Origin: Minisyncoccia bacterium
GTDB taxonomy: Bacteria > Patescibacteriota > Minisyncoccia > Phycocordibacterales > UBA9973
Direction: 5' to 3'
Assembly (NCBI GenBank): GCA_044228545.1
Contig: JBGAUR010000002.1
Span: forward strand, 1 to 33,619
DNA: 33,619 nucleotides
Shown: positions 32,730-33,619 of the stretch, one piece after another
Position numbering within the stretch: position 1 is the first letter of the stretch
How the letters are laid out: each line of letters begins with the position of its first letter
The notes under the pieces: model-generated
What the model was told of the DNA's origin: nothing
What the model saw: only the letters and a program-made list of their open reading frames with translations
The model's database searches: none
Made by a program: the position numbers and the translations under genes

Positions 32730-32954
32730 TCATGGTGTACGTACTAATTCCTTTGTGGGTAAACACGATATACTCTTCTCATCATAAATATAACAGGTTA
32801 CTCCGTTGTCTTGGTCTTCGTAGACGTTCCAGAGGGTGGAGGGATCTTTTAGCGGTTTGGGGGAAATTATAGGTACTAATAACAAGCATATCATAACTCC
32901 AATTATTAAGCCTAATGAACCTCCAATAAAACTAGCTAGTATTCTTTTTTTCAT
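32730..32954 (-). CDS. Small membrane protein (74 aa)
   Basis: N-terminal hydrophobic helix ILASFIGGSLGLIIGVMICLLLVPII. Confidence 0.6.
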   Translation of the reverse strand: MKKRILASFIGGSLGLIIGVMICLLLVPIISPKPLKDPSTLWNVYEDQDNGVTCYIYDEKSISCLPTKELVRTP

Positions 32955-32957
32955 AAA

Positions 32958-33152
32958 TTAATCATTATAATCTGAATGGTTTTGTTTCGAATCATAAGCA
33001 TCAAAAGCTATTAAAGCTGCCATAAGTTCGTTTCGATTTACGGCAAAAGAGTAAGCCCCTATCTGGATTTGTACTATATGGCGTTCGTATTCTTCGTCAT
33101 CTAGCATTACTTTTTCTTCATTTTCTTCTATATTGTGAATTTGGATTTTCAT
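32958..33152 (-). CDS. Acidic small protein (64 aa)
   Basis: ORF track entry. Many Asp and Glu residues. Confidence 0.55.
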   Translation of the reverse strand: MKIQIHNIEENEEKVMLDDEEYERHIVQIQIGAYSFAVNRNELMAALIAFDAYDSKQNHSDYND

Positions 33153-33177
33153 ATTTCAATTTTAAAGTATAAAGATA

Positions 33178-33513
33178 TTATTTGGTAGTTCCGTTATTTG
33201 GGGATTGGTTGAGAATTTGACGTATAGCTTGATCTAATGCCGTATTCCGCCCTTTTCGATAAAGACTATGGCTTAATTGTTTTGTTTGCATGCTTTTTAG
33301 GAGTTTTACTATTCGTTTTCTTTCCAAAATGAGAGCTGCTTTAACAATAGTTTCCATTGAAACCTTTTCTTCCTTCGCCTCATTTTGTGGCTGGCAGGCA
33401 TCAATGAAAGTATTATTTCTTAAATTATTATATTTAAGACATTTTGGACACCCTCCCTGAATGTCTCTACCGCGGCAAATATCGCACTTCTTTTCTTCAT
33501 AATTACTTTGCAT
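33178..33513 (-). CDS. Zinc-finger-like protein (111 aa; CDIC...CPKC), shares the MQSNYE start with ORF 2..238
   Basis: ORF track entry. The leader and start lie inside the repeat at 33496-33529. Confidence 0.6.
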   Translation of the reverse strand: MQSNYEEKKCDICRGRDIQGGCPKCLKYNNLRNNTFIDACQPQNEAKEEKVSMETIVKAALILERKRIVKLLKSMQTKQLSHSLYRKGRNTALDQAIRQILNQSPNNGTTK

Positions 33514-33529
33514 CGGGGGAGGGGTTAAT
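33496..33529. repeat. 34-nt repeat (copy 2); partner at 221-254
   Basis: Direct comparison of the two stretches. Confidence 0.75.
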
Positions 33530-33619
33530 AGTTTGATTTATTCTAAATTTTGCCGCATTAAAACCTCTTATATAACAGCTGTAGTACGGTGCATCCATAG
33601 GCCATTTATATTTCTCTGG
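33503..33619 (-). CDS. ORF open to the window edge (38 codons in the window; internal ATG at 33598 would give 31 aa), ending ...NPSPDAK
   Basis: Hand-translated. The TAA at 33503-33505 overlaps the start of the next gene (ATGCAAAGTAA). Confidence 0.3.
   Translation of the reverse strand, partial: PEKYKWPMDAPYYSCYIRGFNAAKFRINQTINPSPDAK

Noticed and set aside
241-33524. G-quadruplex formation by the G-rich tracts on the plus strand (241-250, 31835-31856 and 33514-33524)
   Set aside because: Each site has only two or three short G-runs, fewer than the four needed for an intramolecular quadruplex. They are kept only as a note on C-rich leaders in the junction-repeat finding.
1-33619. Direct terminal repeats or cohesive ends at the window boundaries
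   Set aside because: The first and last roughly 100 nt share no similarity. The only long-range repeat is the internal 34-nt junction repeat. The genes at both edges are compatible with a circularly closed or permuted contig, but this cannot be proven from one linear sequence.

Overview
This AT-rich 33.6-kb window reads as a complete or near-complete genome of a tailed dsDNA phage. It is probably podovirus-like, because I could not recognise a tape-measure, sheath or tail-tube set. Almost every credible gene lies on the minus strand. Genes are tightly packed, often with ATGA or GTGCTAA-type stop/start overlaps, and start codons are preceded by A/T-rich sequence rather than Shine-Dalgarno-like motifs. 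In transcription order (high to low coordinates) the modules are as follows. (1) About 25 small early ORFs at 33.6-28.5 kb, including many CxxC mini-proteins, a ribbon-helix-helix regulator and a cold-shock-domain protein. (2) Packaging and head genes: small terminase 28020-28469, large terminase 26132-27646, portal 24057-26138, scaffold 22570-23415, a decoration-like protein, and major capsid 21140-22075. (3) Virion and tail proteins from 20.3 to 6.4 kb. These include a 689-aa alpha/beta-hydrolase plus lectin-like protein, a 664-aa fibre, a 917-aa protein with an internal CHAP peptidoglycan hydrolase domain, and a 727-aa Lys-rich protein. (4) A non-coding island of about 0.7 kb at 5690-6407. 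(5) A lysis cassette with an M23 peptidase at 5114-5689. (6) An intrinsic terminator and an operator-rich promoter region at 4281-4593. (7) A replication/recombination module with a winged-helix initiator, a PD-(D/E)XK nuclease and an SSB-like protein. I saw no DNA or RNA polymerase, integrase, tRNA or CRISPR array. The items most worth a second look are these. A lambda-ori-like iteron array plus AT-rich tract sits inside the initiator gene. A promoter-to-terminator unit of about 155 nt looks like a small RNA gene and lies in an island bracketed by nested inverted repeats and GATTACC motif clusters. A reading frame is split by a single in-frame TAA, with a start-less 123-codon continuation. 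A perfect 10-mer operator occurs three times upstream of the replication genes. An early promoter carries a TTGTACGTACAA palindrome upstream of the RHH gene. Three tiny lysine-rich proteins are embedded in the structural module. All functional calls come from reading the translated ORFs by eye; no database search was run.
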